IMG/VR virus record: IMGVR_UViG_3300003886_000001
Location: 32,001-96,000 of that record
DNA from: a virus
Length of the DNA stretch: 64,000 nucleotides
Strand: one strand, 5' to 3'
Part shown: piece after piece, positions 52,590 to 62,934 of the stretch
How the letters are laid out: every line of letters starts with the position of its first letter
Position numbering within the stretch: position 1 is the stretch's first letter
Made by a program: the position numbers and the translations under genes
The notes under the pieces: model-generated
Databases searched by the model: none
Told to the model about the DNA's origin: nothing
What the model saw: the letters and a program-made list of their open reading frames with translations, nothing else

Positions 52590-55500
52590 ATGAGAGGATA
52601 CCCCCAGAAAAATTTGGAAGCTCTTTATCTGATGGAGATAGAACGTCAGAATCTTATTCCTTATAGTGAGTCTCCAATTTCGGTGGGAAGCGGTAATGGA
52701 AGTACTGCGACCGTTGTATACCAATCCAATGAAGTAGATTGGAACGGTAAGAAACGAGTATGGAAATTAACTGCCATCTCTAATTATGCAGCCCGCTCAT
52801 GGGGTTACACCGACTATAACTTAAGTGGAAATTTTACCTACAGGATAAGACTAAAAAATGTAGATTCGCCACAAACAAAGCTTCTAGTATATAATTATTT
52901 CGGGGGGACGACAGGCACCTATACTGTAGTTATAACGTGGTCCGGAGCAATACCAACTATCACATCAGGTACCGGAACAATAACTAACCTGGGAAACGAT
53001 TGGTATGAATTTGTATTTACAGTGTCTGGAATTAATGCAGGAAATACCGGTCTTAGGTTAGACCTAGAAGTTGACCTAGTCACCGGAACTAAATCTATCT
53101 TTTTTGCAGATATACAAATGGTAGCCGGTACCACCCTACCACCATATGTCCCTACCACCCATAAACAACTTCTATATGATTACACCGGACAGGGTAATGA
53201 TGGTGTTCTGGGTACTGCTGATAAATCCGCTATTAACCCAGTAGGGGAGTATTTATGGCTATCGGGCACTACAAATAATTACATCTCTACCCCAAATAAT
53301 ACTGGTGGCACTGTTTATTGGGATATTACACATCTTGATGGTACGGTAACAACTGGTTCTACTATTAATAAAACTATCTCTGTTGGAGTCGGACTACGAG
53401 CTTCAATCGTAGATATAAAGGTATATAGTGATGCCGAAAAAACAATTTTAATAGCTAATTTAAATATACCCAGAGATGCTCCTGGTGATGTCACACAACT
53501 ATATAGTAAAGCTACTGGAGAATTATGGACTATTTCCACCACAACTAGTGGGGTTTCTTCGGCCCCAGTTTTTACCTCAGGGGGATTACTTCTCAATGGT
53601 GTAGGGCAGTTTGCTACAGCTACAATACCTGGATTAGATATTTCAGGGGTAACGGTCTCTGCACATGCTAAGTTTGATTCAACTGCTACTGCCAATGGAT
53701 ACGCTGTTGGACTTGGCGGTGCCGGAGGAGACCACTCGTTACTCTCAGCTCGGGTTAACACCAACGGATGGATGGACTTGTTTGTAAGAGACACAGCGGA
53801 CACATTGTCGTCAACTAATGTGTTGAGTGCGTATACACAGGATGTAGACTCTTATATAACTCTTAGAACAAACACTACGTCAACCACCCTAGACTTAAAT
53901 GGTGCGGAAATATCTACACTCACGCCACCGACGGCTCCTTTCTTGTACCAAAGAATCGTCTTGGGTGGCGCGTCCGATTCTCCGGCTTCACAGTCATTTA
54001 AAGGGACACTGGGAGTTGCTGCTGTGTATTCCAGAGAACTCTCTGCTACAGAGTCGTATCAAACGTATTCCGCTGCTAAAGATTTGTTAAATAAACGAGG
54101 CATAACTTTAGCTAATACTCCTCCAGTGAATAATATTAAAGCTGCTGCCACAGACTTAGGAGTTACGCTAGCCAGCGGTTTTGAAGCGTGGGCCTCCAGT
54201 GTTTGGACGGCCGGAATGAGCTGGACCGTGTTAAGCCAGCCCACCACAGGCATCGAGCTGGACTTGCGAGGTAACGGCGCTTGCGCGGCGTGGTGGGGGG
54301 ACGGCAATACCGACGCTTACGTCCTGCTGAACACCAGCGCTGATACGGTGTTGGCTCACACGTACGCTTCGGCCGTCACTAGACCGGTAGTGGTGCTAGG
54401 GGACGTCACTAGGTGGAGCGGTCCGGCTTCGGTGCTCACGAGTTACGGAACCAAAACGCAGTACCTCCCAGCTTCCCTCGCACTCCTAAACGTACAGGGT
54501 AGCAATACTTTGTCTGGGGACGTGCAGTACCTCCCGGCGAACCTCACGTATCTATACGTAACGGGTAGCAATACCTTAAGCGGAGATGTAGTCGGGTTGC
54601 CTAGGGGTATGACTAGTTTTAATCTAGGTGGTAATAACACCATTACTGGCGATGTAGTTGGGTTGCCAACAACTCTTACTGTTCTCAATCTTGGGAATAA
54701 TAACTTGACCGGGAGTATTATAAATCTTCCTAGGGCGTTGATAACTATAACTGTGGGTGGTAATATTGCCTTAAGTGGAGATGTTAAGAATCTACCCACG
54801 GGTGTTCAAATAGTGGTACTTAACGGTCCTGTTGCTATAATCAGTACCACTACAATACTGCCAACGCCCCTATCGGACATCAAAATCTCCAACATGACTA
54901 CTGCCAGCGTCGATGATGTCCTGGAAGCCATGGCCGCGAATGTGCTGGACACGAAACCCCTCTCTAATCGCATCATTACCCTCAATGGTGGTACTGCTCA
55001 ACCGCGCAGCACCGCTTCCGACGCCGCCGTGACCACCCTCACGACCGCAACGCCGCCGTACACGGTAACTACCATTCCCCCAACCAACCTAATTACCGGA
55101 AGTGACCTCATTTCTGACCCTGTTGGTACCGTTGGTTCTTCCACGGTTTCTCATGCAACTGAAACTGTAACTGGATTGGGCTCAATAAATGTGGTAACAT
55201 GGGTACAGGCGACTACGGCGGATATCATTTCTGTCACCAGCAACAGAACGTTTAATGTTACCCCCGGTGAAGCTTTAAATATTAGCATGTATATAAACAG
55301 TACATTGGCGTCCTCAGCCCGGCTTCAGGCAATTGTTACCGTTGATACTGTGGACTATTATTTGCAGGCAGACGGAGTAACTTGGAGCACTACGGCGTGG
55401 GAGTGGGAACCAGATGTTGGCACATTAAATACCTGGAATCGCTCTGTTACTGTAACTAATACCATTCCAGCAGGCACGTCAGCTAGTTTGCACTTCTTAT

Positions 55501-55595
55501 CCATGTATCGTAATACCGGTAGCTTTACCTTTAAGTTAGCAGCCTGGCAGGTAACTGAAGGCACAACCCTTTACCCCTACACTACTACACCATAA
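52590..55595 (+). CDS. large putative virion/tail protein with LamG-like, LRR-like and carbohydrate-binding-like modules
   Basis: 1001 aa, Thr/Gly/Ser rich; LYDYTGQGNDGVL; ~22-aa LPxxLxxLxvxGxNxLsGD repeats. Confidence 0.75.
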   Translation: MRGYPQKNLEALYLMEIERQNLIPYSESPISVGSGNGSTATVVYQSNEVDWNGKKRVWKLTAISNYAARSWGYTDYNLSGNFTYRIRLKNVDSPQTKLLVYNYFGGTTGTYTVVITWSGAIPTITSGTGTITNLGNDWYEFVFTVSGINAGNTGLRLDLEVDLVTGTKSIFFADIQMVAGTTLPPYVPTTHKQLLYDYTGQGNDGVLGTADKSAINPVGEYLWLSGTTNNYISTPNNTGGTVYWDITHLDGTVTTGSTINKTISVGVGLRASIVDIKVYSDAEKTILIANLNIPRDAPGDVTQLYSKATGELWTISTTTSGVSSAPVFTSGGLLLNGVGQFATATIPGLDISGVTVSAHAKFDSTATANGYAVGLGGAGGDHSLLSARVNTNGWMDLFVRDTADTLSSTNVLSAYTQDVDSYITLRTNTTSTTLDLNGAEISTLTPPTAPFLYQRIVLGGASDSPASQSFKGTLGVAAVYSRELSATESYQTYSAAKDLLNKRGITLANTPPVNNIKAAATDLGVTLASGFEAWASSVWTAGMSWTVLSQPTTGIELDLRGNGACAAWWGDGNTDAYVLLNTSADTVLAHTYASAVTRPVVVLGDVTRWSGPASVLTSYGTKTQYLPASLALLNVQGSNTLSGDVQYLPANLTYLYVTGSNTLSGDVVGLPRGMTSFNLGGNNTITGDVVGLPTTLTVLNLGNNNLTGSIINLPRALITITVGGNIALSGDVKNLPTGVQIVVLNGPVAIISTTTILPTPLSDIKISNMTTASVDDVLEAMAANVLDTKPLSNRIITLNGGTAQPRSTASDAAVTTLTTATPPYTVTTIPPTNLITGSDLISDPVGTVGSSTVSHATETVTGLGSINVVTWVQATTADIISVTSNRTFNVTPGEALNISMYINSTLASSARLQAIVTVDTVDYYLQADGVTWSTTAWEWEPDVGTLNTWNRSVTVTNTIPAGTSASLHFLSMYRNTGSFTFKLAAWQVTEGTTLYPYTTTP

Positions 55596-55772
55596 TGGTT
55601 CAACAAAAAGTATTACACTTTAACTCAATGATAACCTATGATGCTTGGTTGTCTCTCCACAAAGAAAGGGTAGTAATTACATCAATTTCTGCCCCAGAAG
55701 AAACCTTTGCCTACATTTTGGCTTATCAGTTACCGTTGCCGGTAATGACGGTTAACTATCTGGAGTTCCCTA

Positions 55773-56558
55773 ATGACTAAGATATATGCGTGGATTGCAG
55801 GAGTTACAAGTCAAGAAATTCCTAAATTATTAAGTATTTTTGGAGGGAAGGTAGGTGGTGTCTTATACTCTTATAATTATGATTTGCTTTTAACCCCGGG
55901 AAATTGGATTGCATTTGTAGGTAATTTAAATGATGCAAAAAAACTAGTGAAGACCGGTGGGAGGGTCGTTACTGCTCTAATTGAAGATGAGGTAAATATA
56001 ACCGGGCTGTCCGGCCCCGCTAGAACACCAGAAAGCTATGCTACTGGGTATAATCTAATTTATGACCTATTACACCAGAATGGGATAGCAGTTAGCACAG
56101 GAGGTTTGGCTGGGCAGCCCGGCTGGGCCTCATACATGACGTTTAATACTAAGTTTGATGCAAAATACTTTTCAAAGATGATGCCTCTACTACATGGGGC
56201 TGACTATAACGCGTTTAATCCGGGCCAAAACAGACTACAAGAAATAGAGAGAATCTTAGGAACCTATACCGATAGAAAATGGCTATTTAGCCCGCACCCT
56301 CTAAATCCTCAGTGGTGGCCATTAAAATGGAACAATATACCTGCATACATTTTAGAAAATTACATCTATCATGAAAACATGGACTTCTGGATAAAGAAGA
56401 GCAAAGACCCCAGATTATTAGGAATAGCAATCTGGAGCCTTAGATACAATTGGATGAATATTGATGGTAAACGAGTTTTACAGCGTTACTGTAATCTTTT
56501 AACTGAAAAAAATGAATTAACAGTTGTTGGACGACAACTACAGCGAGGTCTAAAATGA
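55773..56558 (+). CDS. hypothetical protein
   Basis: Long ORF in the structural block. Confidence 0.7.
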   Translation: MTKIYAWIAGVTSQEIPKLLSIFGGKVGGVLYSYNYDLLLTPGNWIAFVGNLNDAKKLVKTGGRVVTALIEDEVNITGLSGPARTPESYATGYNLIYDLLHQNGIAVSTGGLAGQPGWASYMTFNTKFDAKYFSKMMPLLHGADYNAFNPGQNRLQEIERILGTYTDRKWLFSPHPLNPQWWPLKWNNIPAYILENYIYHENMDFWIKKSKDPRLLGIAIWSLRYNWMNIDGKRVLQRYCNLLTEKNELTVVGRQLQRGLK

Positions 56559-57382
56559 TTGTTCCCGATTTTATTTATAAAAAGGCCGAATGGGAGGATT
56601 TACCAACCCAAGCCAACTCCAATTACCCTAAGATTGTCATCGAAGACACCGGGGCAAGAGTAGTAAATTCGGGGTCAGTCACATTAACTACTGGGGACAA
56701 GTTCTTTTTGCAGCCACCAGACAGTAATTTTGGAACTGTATACAACTATTTGACCTATTCTAATAAGGATGGTGCATATGTGATTCGATATGTAAATAGT
56801 GGAGAGCCATGGTCATCTCCAACTAGCTCAAATGGCCAACAACTATCGTTTACCTACGGTACATCAATGCCTTTTACCGGGGTTACTCAACTCGATTACT
56901 TGGCAAACGTTGTAAGTGATTTCTGGTTTAGTGCAGGTAGTACGGTAGTAACTACGGACGGAACTCATATCTTTATCTTTTCCAATCTCAACAATTCCTC
57001 TCCAGTATATGCTCTAAATTTAGATGGTACTATTGCTTGGAAAAGAACATTACCTACCTCAGTTATCTCTGTCTTTTCTATTAAGGACGGGGTCTTTTAT
57101 ATTGATACCTCAGTCACCAATACCCCTAATTCTGGGGACATGGCTATGAATCTAGTTAAACTAAATACCACGGATGGTACTGACCATTATACTATGAATG
57201 TAACTACCCTACCCTCTGGAACTACAATAGACGAGAATACAAGGTCGATGTTTTACTATTTTGCAGATGGAACTATTATTTTGTACGCAAATACTATCGG
57301 CCACTTTGCCGTCGATGTAGTAAACAAACTAGTAACTAATTTAACCTCATCATCTACTTCGGATTTACTTGCTATAGTATAG
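56555..57382 (+). CDS. beta-rich putative virion protein (propeller-like)
   Basis: YALNLDGTIAWK and similar repeats. Confidence 0.6.
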   Translation: MIVPDFIYKKAEWEDLPTQANSNYPKIVIEDTGARVVNSGSVTLTTGDKFFLQPPDSNFGTVYNYLTYSNKDGAYVIRYVNSGEPWSSPTSSNGQQLSFTYGTSMPFTGVTQLDYLANVVSDFWFSAGSTVVTTDGTHIFIFSNLNNSSPVYALNLDGTIAWKRTLPTSVISVFSIKDGVFYIDTSVTNTPNSGDMAMNLVKLNTTDGTDHYTMNVTTLPSGTTIDENTRSMFYYFADGTIILYANTIGHFAVDVVNKLVTNLTSSSTSDLLAIV

Positions 57383-57392
57383 GAGTAAAGAT

Positions 57393-58145
57393 ATGGCACA
57401 AACATTTGGGATACAAATACTAACTCTTGCACCAAATTTAGTTAATATACAACATAATAAGACTACTACCTATCTCTTAGGAGCTTGCGGAGCTGCTTCC
57501 TCAAGCTCTGGCGTAGCTCAGGGGGACCCCATGATAGAGTCTATTTCAACTAATGCCCCGTATACCCGTAATTGGTTTAAGTCGATGCTGTCGTACAACT
57601 TTTACACACTACACAATGCTGCATATGATGGTACAAATCTATATTATGTCTATACTAACTCATCAACCTATGCAACCATGTTCCACGCAATTGACGGGGC
57701 TACAGGTAATGATGTTTACGCCCCAGTACAGCTGTCTACTGGGGATGTAATGGGGGCGTTCTCTACAAAGAGTGGTGTTTTTATTGTATACGATGATAGT
57801 GCGTCTACTCCCTCATTTAAATCTATTTCATTACTTACTGGGGCTATAACTACAGGTCTTTCTATCCCTTCAGCTAATTCTAACGCTTGGTGGTGGTATG
57901 GAAATCCTATATTTACTGGAAATGATACTTTTGTACAATTATACTATGACACTACGAGTATTAGGTGCGCGATTTTAGATAAAACAGCGTCTGGAGTTAC
58001 TATTCCAATTAAAGTAAATGGGACGCTCGTCCCTCCTCCTACACAACACCCTACTTTTGGGTATGCGGTATCTCCGGTAGGGACAAAATCTTTGTATGCT
58101 GTTAATACAGAGGCTTCTGAAGTAGCTAAGTTTACTATTCCGTAA
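57393..58145 (+). CDS. beta-rich putative virion protein (propeller-like)
   Basis: HAIDGATGNDVY; Ser/Thr rich. Confidence 0.6.
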   Translation: MAQTFGIQILTLAPNLVNIQHNKTTTYLLGACGAASSSSGVAQGDPMIESISTNAPYTRNWFKSMLSYNFYTLHNAAYDGTNLYYVYTNSSTYATMFHAIDGATGNDVYAPVQLSTGDVMGAFSTKSGVFIVYDDSASTPSFKSISLLTGAITTGLSIPSANSNAWWWYGNPIFTGNDTFVQLYYDTTSIRCAILDKTASGVTIPIKVNGTLVPPPTQHPTFGYAVSPVGTKSLYAVNTEASEVAKFTIP

Positions 58146-58443
58146 GTTCTGATTCCTTTTCCCATCCTGCTAGGATGTCCTCTAAAACCCATACCTCATA
58201 ACCTCCATTAATAGTTACGAGATATTCATGGTCTATGACATCCCATTTAGTACCTTGTATAGGTAGTTGTCTAGTCTCTTTTACCCCATTAATACGGCAG
58301 CGATGAAAGCTGTACGCGCATACAGGAACAAGCCAACGAGTATTTCGAAATACTGCATACCCAGTATTCTGAACACCTGTATTAACGTCTACCTCATGTA
58401 CACCTATTTTAACGTTTACCATTTCTCCAAGTTTATATCTCAT
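58135..58443 (-). CDS. hypothetical protein (leaderless)
   Basis: ATG 5 nt after TACGTT of a CTCTCAT-N12 promoter. Confidence 0.6.
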   Translation of the reverse strand: MRYKLGEMVNVKIGVHEVDVNTGVQNTGYAVFRNTRWLVPVCAYSFHRCRINGVKETRQLPIQGTKWDVIDHEYLVTINGGYEVWVLEDILAGWEKESELTE

Positions 58444-58473
58444 AAGCTAACGTACACCCAGAGAGAATGAGAG

Positions 58474-58854
58474 TTATGAGACAAACGTTTTTAGGGTGTT
58501 TATTACATTTTGCAATTCCTCGTTATTATCGAGGTCTATCTTAAATACAGACGAAGTGCTCTCGGTTAAGTACCCAGCCCATATCTTACCTTCATTTTCC
58601 ATCTCAAAAAGAGCGGGTTCCTCTTTGTCATTATAATACATAAATCCTACGCCACCACCCAGACCGCCGGCTGGGAAGATTCTTTGCGGGGGAAAGTCAT
58701 TCTCGTATAAAATCCCTAAAAGTTTAATTGCATTATCAATGGCTGTATCATTAGGCAAGGTTGATAGATTCCTAATCATATACCTCAACTGTAGCTGAGA
58801 GGCGGGGACTGCCTTTCGTAAAGATTGTATAAACCTAATATCTGAATCAATCAT
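58474..58854 (-). CDS. hypothetical protein
   Basis: ORF. Confidence 0.55.
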   Translation of the reverse strand: MIDSDIRFIQSLRKAVPASQLQLRYMIRNLSTLPNDTAIDNAIKLLGILYENDFPPQRIFPAGGLGGGVGFMYYNDKEEPALFEMENEGKIWAGYLTESTSSVFKIDLDNNEELQNVINTLKTFVS

Positions 58855-59191
58855 GGCTCTCCTCTTCTAATTTTAGGATTTGTTCATGAAGAGATACATT
58901 TTTCAGTTGTTCCCCATTAAGCTCTTCTTGGAGGCTATTATTTTCATGTTTCAAGTTCTCAATTTTGAGCATCAATTCATATTTTAAATCTCGTAGGTCT
59001 ATATTTTGTTGGCGCATTTCGCTCAAAGCCCTATCCCTAGCTCCTAATTGTCGTTCAAGGGTATCTTGGTCTTGCATATCTAGCTTAGCTAATCGGTCTT
59101 TTCGGGCCACAACAAGTGCTATTATCGCACCTATGACTGCACTAAGAACTGCTCCAATAGCATAATACATAGGATTAACAAACTCGTGCAT
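58847..59191 (-). CDS. single-TM coiled-coil protein (possible holin-type)
   Basis: N-terminal TM helix followed by heptad repeats. Confidence 0.55.
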   Translation of the reverse strand: MHEFVNPMYYAIGAVLSAVIGAIIALVVARKDRLAKLDMQDQDTLERQLGARDRALSEMRQQNIDLRDLKYELMLKIENLKHENNSLQEELNGEQLKNVSLHEQILKLEEESHD

Positions 59192-59371
59192 GTCTTTTAT
59201 ACCCTTTGGAATGTATAGAATTCTTTAGTGTTGGCTGTCATCTCCCAGCCGTGCAACTTAAAGTCCTCGATTACATTGGCTATGGAGTTGTAGACATGGT
59301 TATAATCAAATTGAACCCTAGGTAGGATAGGCTCTACTAAGACTCCAAACCTACTATAATAGATTCGTAGG

Positions 59372-59617
59372 TTAATATCCAAGGTATTCTTCCTTAAATA
59401 GAATTGTCATAGTTCCCCCGGCAGCATCACTCAGGTAAATTTCTGGGTAGGTGCCGCCCGTTCGCTTTAATTTGAAGTGTGAGCATACATCCTCTATAAT
59501 CCTGTCTGTATTAAAATCATATAGTCCATAAGACGCTTGTATAGAAAGAAACTCTTGAACTTGGGAGGCTATAAGAGGCTCAACCTTGTCCGTTTCGGTG
59601 ACAATAAGTTTTTTCAT
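59372..59617 (-). CDS. hypothetical protein
   Basis: Coupled ORF. Confidence 0.5.
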   Translation of the reverse strand: MKKLIVTETDKVEPLIASQVQEFLSIQASYGLYDFNTDRIIEDVCSHFKLKRTGGTYPEIYLSDAAGGTMTILFKEEYLGY

Positions 59618-59847
59618 TAATCCGTAACCTTTCGTGTGGATAAATCCGAAGAAAACGGTGCTAAGTATTTTATCATGGTAATTTCATCAAGTCCTAGGTT
59701 CCAATCAAACCCAACATATCTATCTCCTGTGTCGTTAACGTATATATGACACGCCTCGGAGATGCAATTTTCAGGACTCATCGCTCCCTCAGTAAAGGGG
59801 TTTTCATCCCATTCATCTTTAGTGGTGGGAAAACCATAAATAAACAT
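59617..59847 (-). CDS. hypothetical protein
   Basis: Coupled ORF. Confidence 0.5.
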   Translation of the reverse strand: MFIYGFPTTKDEWDENPFTEGAMSPENCISEACHIYVNDTGDRYVGFDWNLGLDEITMIKYLAPFSSDLSTRKVTD

Positions 59848-59936
59848 TAGCTCAACCTTTCATTACTTAGTCTACTACATCTAGGTTACAAGTGCAAGTC
59901 TTGACAGCAGGGTACCAATGGGTATAGACTACAGTA

Positions 59937-60386
59937 ATGAACTTACTAGCGCTTGGTACTAATAAGCTGGACCATTCAGAGGACGTTTTACGGACTAAGA
60001 TTCGTCAATCGTTGCAGTTTTTGGGGCCGCATCAAGTGATTAGTGATTATTCCTATGGATGGAATTTATTAGTAGCCGAGGTTGCCCAAGAGTTCGGTAT
60101 ATCAGTAATAGGGGCTATTCCTTATGCTGAAGTTCCGGCAATTCTACCTCCAATCTATATACAACGTAGGCAGATGGCGGAGAGAAAGGCACGAGCAAAC
60201 ACTATCTTTAATCAGACTGCCAGTAAATTTGTCATGAATGTACAAACTTATGTTGATTGGATAACAGAGTTTAGCAACGAGGTAATAGCTTATTTTCCAC
60301 CCGAAGCCTCATCCTTCTCATACTCACTTATGGTAATCTTAGAAAAGAAGGATAAGCACACATTCAACTTATATGGAGGACTATGA
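59937..60386 (+). CDS. divergent SLOG/YspA-like protein
   Basis: VISDYSYGWNLLVAEVAQEFGISVIGAIPY resembles ISGMA.G.D...A...GIP.IA.IPF. Confidence 0.55.
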   Translation: MNLLALGTNKLDHSEDVLRTKIRQSLQFLGPHQVISDYSYGWNLLVAEVAQEFGISVIGAIPYAEVPAILPPIYIQRRQMAERKARANTIFNQTASKFVMNVQTYVDWITEFSNEVIAYFPPEASSFSYSLMVILEKKDKHTFNLYGGL

Positions 60387-60724
60387 ACGAAGAAGGCTAT
60401 CAAATTGAGGACCTTATTAAAGCACTACGAGAACTTACCCCTGACGCGTACCCAGAAGAGGAAATGATGAACATTCAATTTGGGTCATGGTCTATTGTAT
60501 TTGTAGGGAAAGAAAATAGGAAGGTGCTACCTCAGCTATTTCATCATCGTATGGACTTATTTGCTGCGGTATTAACGGCTGGGAGTTGGGCAGAAATGTT
60601 TCGTCGTATGGGTAGTCTACAAGAGTGGCTAAACCTCAGAGGTTACAGTGTGGTTATCTCCGGTGAAACCTTTTTGTCTAGACTAGTTGTTAAAAGTATG
60701 TCATTAGTTGGGATGTTACCGTGA
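60383..60724 (+). CDS. hypothetical protein
   Basis: Coupled ORF. Confidence 0.55.
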   Translation: MNEEGYQIEDLIKALRELTPDAYPEEEMMNIQFGSWSIVFVGKENRKVLPQLFHHRMDLFAAVLTAGSWAEMFRRMGSLQEWLNLRGYSVVISGETFLSRLVVKSMSLVGMLP

Positions 60725-62829
60725 TTGAGGATGAAAAATTAGTGGCATTAGATATTGAAACGTCTGACGGACATGGCATGGGTACTCTTGAACCACGTAA
60801 TCCTGACTCGGTCATTGCTCTTGTACAGTTAGCATATGAAGACGGGACGATAGAAGTACGTGACTGGAATAAAGAAACACATGATGTTATACAAACCCTA
60901 ATTGATGAAGATTACCGATTTCTAATTCATCAAGCCGCATTTGAACTTGATTGGTTTAGAGTAAAAACAGACCTGCGGTTCAAAAAGGTCTGGTGTACCA
61001 TGATAGCATCACAAGTTTTGAACGCTGGAAAACGGATGCCTGATGAGGCTACACGGGAATCGGGCAAAATAGTAGCCAAGAGCGAGCTATGGAAACCGCT
61101 ACTAGAGGGTAAAACTGAAAATATAACATTGCAGCCCACTAAGAGCAGGCGTTTTAGTCATGCACTGCAACCTACAGTACACAGATATGCTAATGGCGCT
61201 ATCATAAAAAAAGACCAAGCTGTGTCCGATTGGCTGCACCGGCCGCTATCTGATGAGCAACTAAGATACGCCGAAGATGACGTACGTTATATGATAGAGG
61301 TAGCTAGAAATCAATGGAAATATATACAAAAGTTTAACCTTGAAGATGTTATTGACTTAGAGATGAAGGTTGTTTTTGCTGTTGTAGATATAAAACATAG
61401 GGGGGTACAGTTAGATAAGAGAGAATGGAGTAAACTATCCAAAGAATACGGAATTAAATCAAAGCAATTAGAGAAAGAATTAAACAAAAGATTTGGAGAT
61501 GAATTAGCAGAAAGAGAAGGTATAAAATCCCTATTCGGGACATACATTACCAAATCATTTAAGGTTAGTTCCCCAAAACAACTAGCGGATTTCTTTGGTG
61601 TTGAGAAAGCAACGGAACAGGTTTTGCGGGCTATTAACCACCCGTTAATTAAGAAACTATTAAGTTACAAAGAGGCGTCTAAACTTTCCTCAACCTATGG
61701 TAAAGGATATATTGATTTAATATGGCCTGATGGGAGAATTCATTCATTACTAATTCAGGCTGAAACTACGACAGGAAGATTTAGCTCGCGCAAACCTAAT
61801 CTTCAAAATATCCCGCCATGGATGCTAAAGAGCCTGTTAACTACTGATACGAATAAACTTATGATTTTGGCTGACTACTCTTCAGTAGAATCACGTATTT
61901 TAGCATATGCCTCCAAAGATACAAACTTTATTGATTCAGTTAATTCTCAAGATGTTCACTGGGAAAACGCTAAGAAAGTGTTTAATTTACCAGATAATGC
62001 TAAAAAGACTGGGGTGTTCAGTGCCCTCGGAAAACTACTAGATGGTTTAGAATTGAGGAGAATAGCAAAAGGTGTATCATTTGGGATACCTTATGGAATT
62101 TCTGCGATAGGTCTTGTCAGTAGAGGGTTCGCAGAGGACGCAGACCAAGGACAAGACTTAATTAACAGCTTTTTAGCACAATATCCTAGAGTTAATACTT
62201 TTCTAAAGCAAGCTGTTTTTGAGGCCTTCACCAGAGGATATACACAGGATATCTTTGGTCGTATTCGTTGGTATGAACTCCCGTCTAAACTTAATGAGGC
62301 GGAGTATCGTCGTATAAGGTCTGGTATTGCTAGGCAAGCTCAAAACCATAAGATTCAATCCATGTCTGCCAATATTACAAAGCAGGCCCTGGTGGACCTC
62401 TTAAGTTATTTTAACTCTACTGATTACGGTTATATAGTCCTGACGGTACACGACTCCATTATTTGTGAAGTATATAAAGAGTATGCTAATGAAGCTATTC
62501 CTAAGATAAAGGAAATTATGGAGTTGGCCGCTAAAAAGGTTTTCCCTGAAATAACAGCCCCTGTAGACCTTGATGTGGGGCAGAAAGAAAAGAGAGTATG
62601 TAGAGTAACTGGATTACCCTTTACCACCTACAGTCATAAATATGACTTTAAATCAATGAAACTGAAAGAGAATAACAGGATATTGGAACCACGGGTTGAA
62701 GCAATTCTACTCAAGAATAACATAGATACCACAGATTTTACCAGGTGCTCCTTGTTCTTAAAAAGCTATGTTAGTGACCAATCCGAGGATTGGAGGAAAG
62801 AACATCACGATATCGTAGAAGCAGTGTAA
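60721..62829 (+). CDS. family-A DNA polymerase with 3'-5' exonuclease
   Basis: Exo motifs DIET and YAEDD; TGRFSS..PNLQNIP; motif A DYSSVESR; motif B RRIAKGVSFGIPYG; motif C VHDS. Confidence 0.95.
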   Translation: MIEDEKLVALDIETSDGHGMGTLEPRNPDSVIALVQLAYEDGTIEVRDWNKETHDVIQTLIDEDYRFLIHQAAFELDWFRVKTDLRFKKVWCTMIASQVLNAGKRMPDEATRESGKIVAKSELWKPLLEGKTENITLQPTKSRRFSHALQPTVHRYANGAIIKKDQAVSDWLHRPLSDEQLRYAEDDVRYMIEVARNQWKYIQKFNLEDVIDLEMKVVFAVVDIKHRGVQLDKREWSKLSKEYGIKSKQLEKELNKRFGDELAEREGIKSLFGTYITKSFKVSSPKQLADFFGVEKATEQVLRAINHPLIKKLLSYKEASKLSSTYGKGYIDLIWPDGRIHSLLIQAETTTGRFSSRKPNLQNIPPWMLKSLLTTDTNKLMILADYSSVESRILAYASKDTNFIDSVNSQDVHWENAKKVFNLPDNAKKTGVFSALGKLLDGLELRRIAKGVSFGIPYGISAIGLVSRGFAEDADQGQDLINSFLAQYPRVNTFLKQAVFEAFTRGYTQDIFGRIRWYELPSKLNEAEYRRIRSGIARQAQNHKIQSMSANITKQALVDLLSYFNSTDYGYIVLTVHDSIICEVYKEYANEAIPKIKEIMELAAKKVFPEITAPVDLDVGQKEKRVCRVTGLPFTTYSHKYDFKSMKLKENNRILEPRVEAILLKNNIDTTDFTRCSLFLKSYVSDQSEDWRKEHHDIVEAV

Positions 62830-62857
62830 CCAACCTTTGATATGAATAATAGCTTTT

Positions 62858-62880
62858 ACGCCCTTATTGGGCGTTTTTTT
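62858..62880 (+). terminator. intrinsic terminator
   Basis: ACGCCC-TTATT-GGGCGT followed by a T-run. Confidence 0.85.
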
Positions 62881-62888
62881 ATTATTAC

Positions 62889-62917
62889 TTGTTCTATGCA
62901 CGCTGCTATGTTATACT
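62889..62917 (+). promoter_or_regulatory. sigma70-like promoter of the portal gene
   Basis: TTGTTC-17-TATACT; GAAGGAG RBS. Confidence 0.55.
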
Positions 62918-62934
62918 ATTTGAAGGAGATATAC

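Noticed and set aside
52919-55564. Minus-strand ORFs within the 1001-aa gene
   Set aside because: Antisense shadows of Thr/Gly-rich coding sequence.
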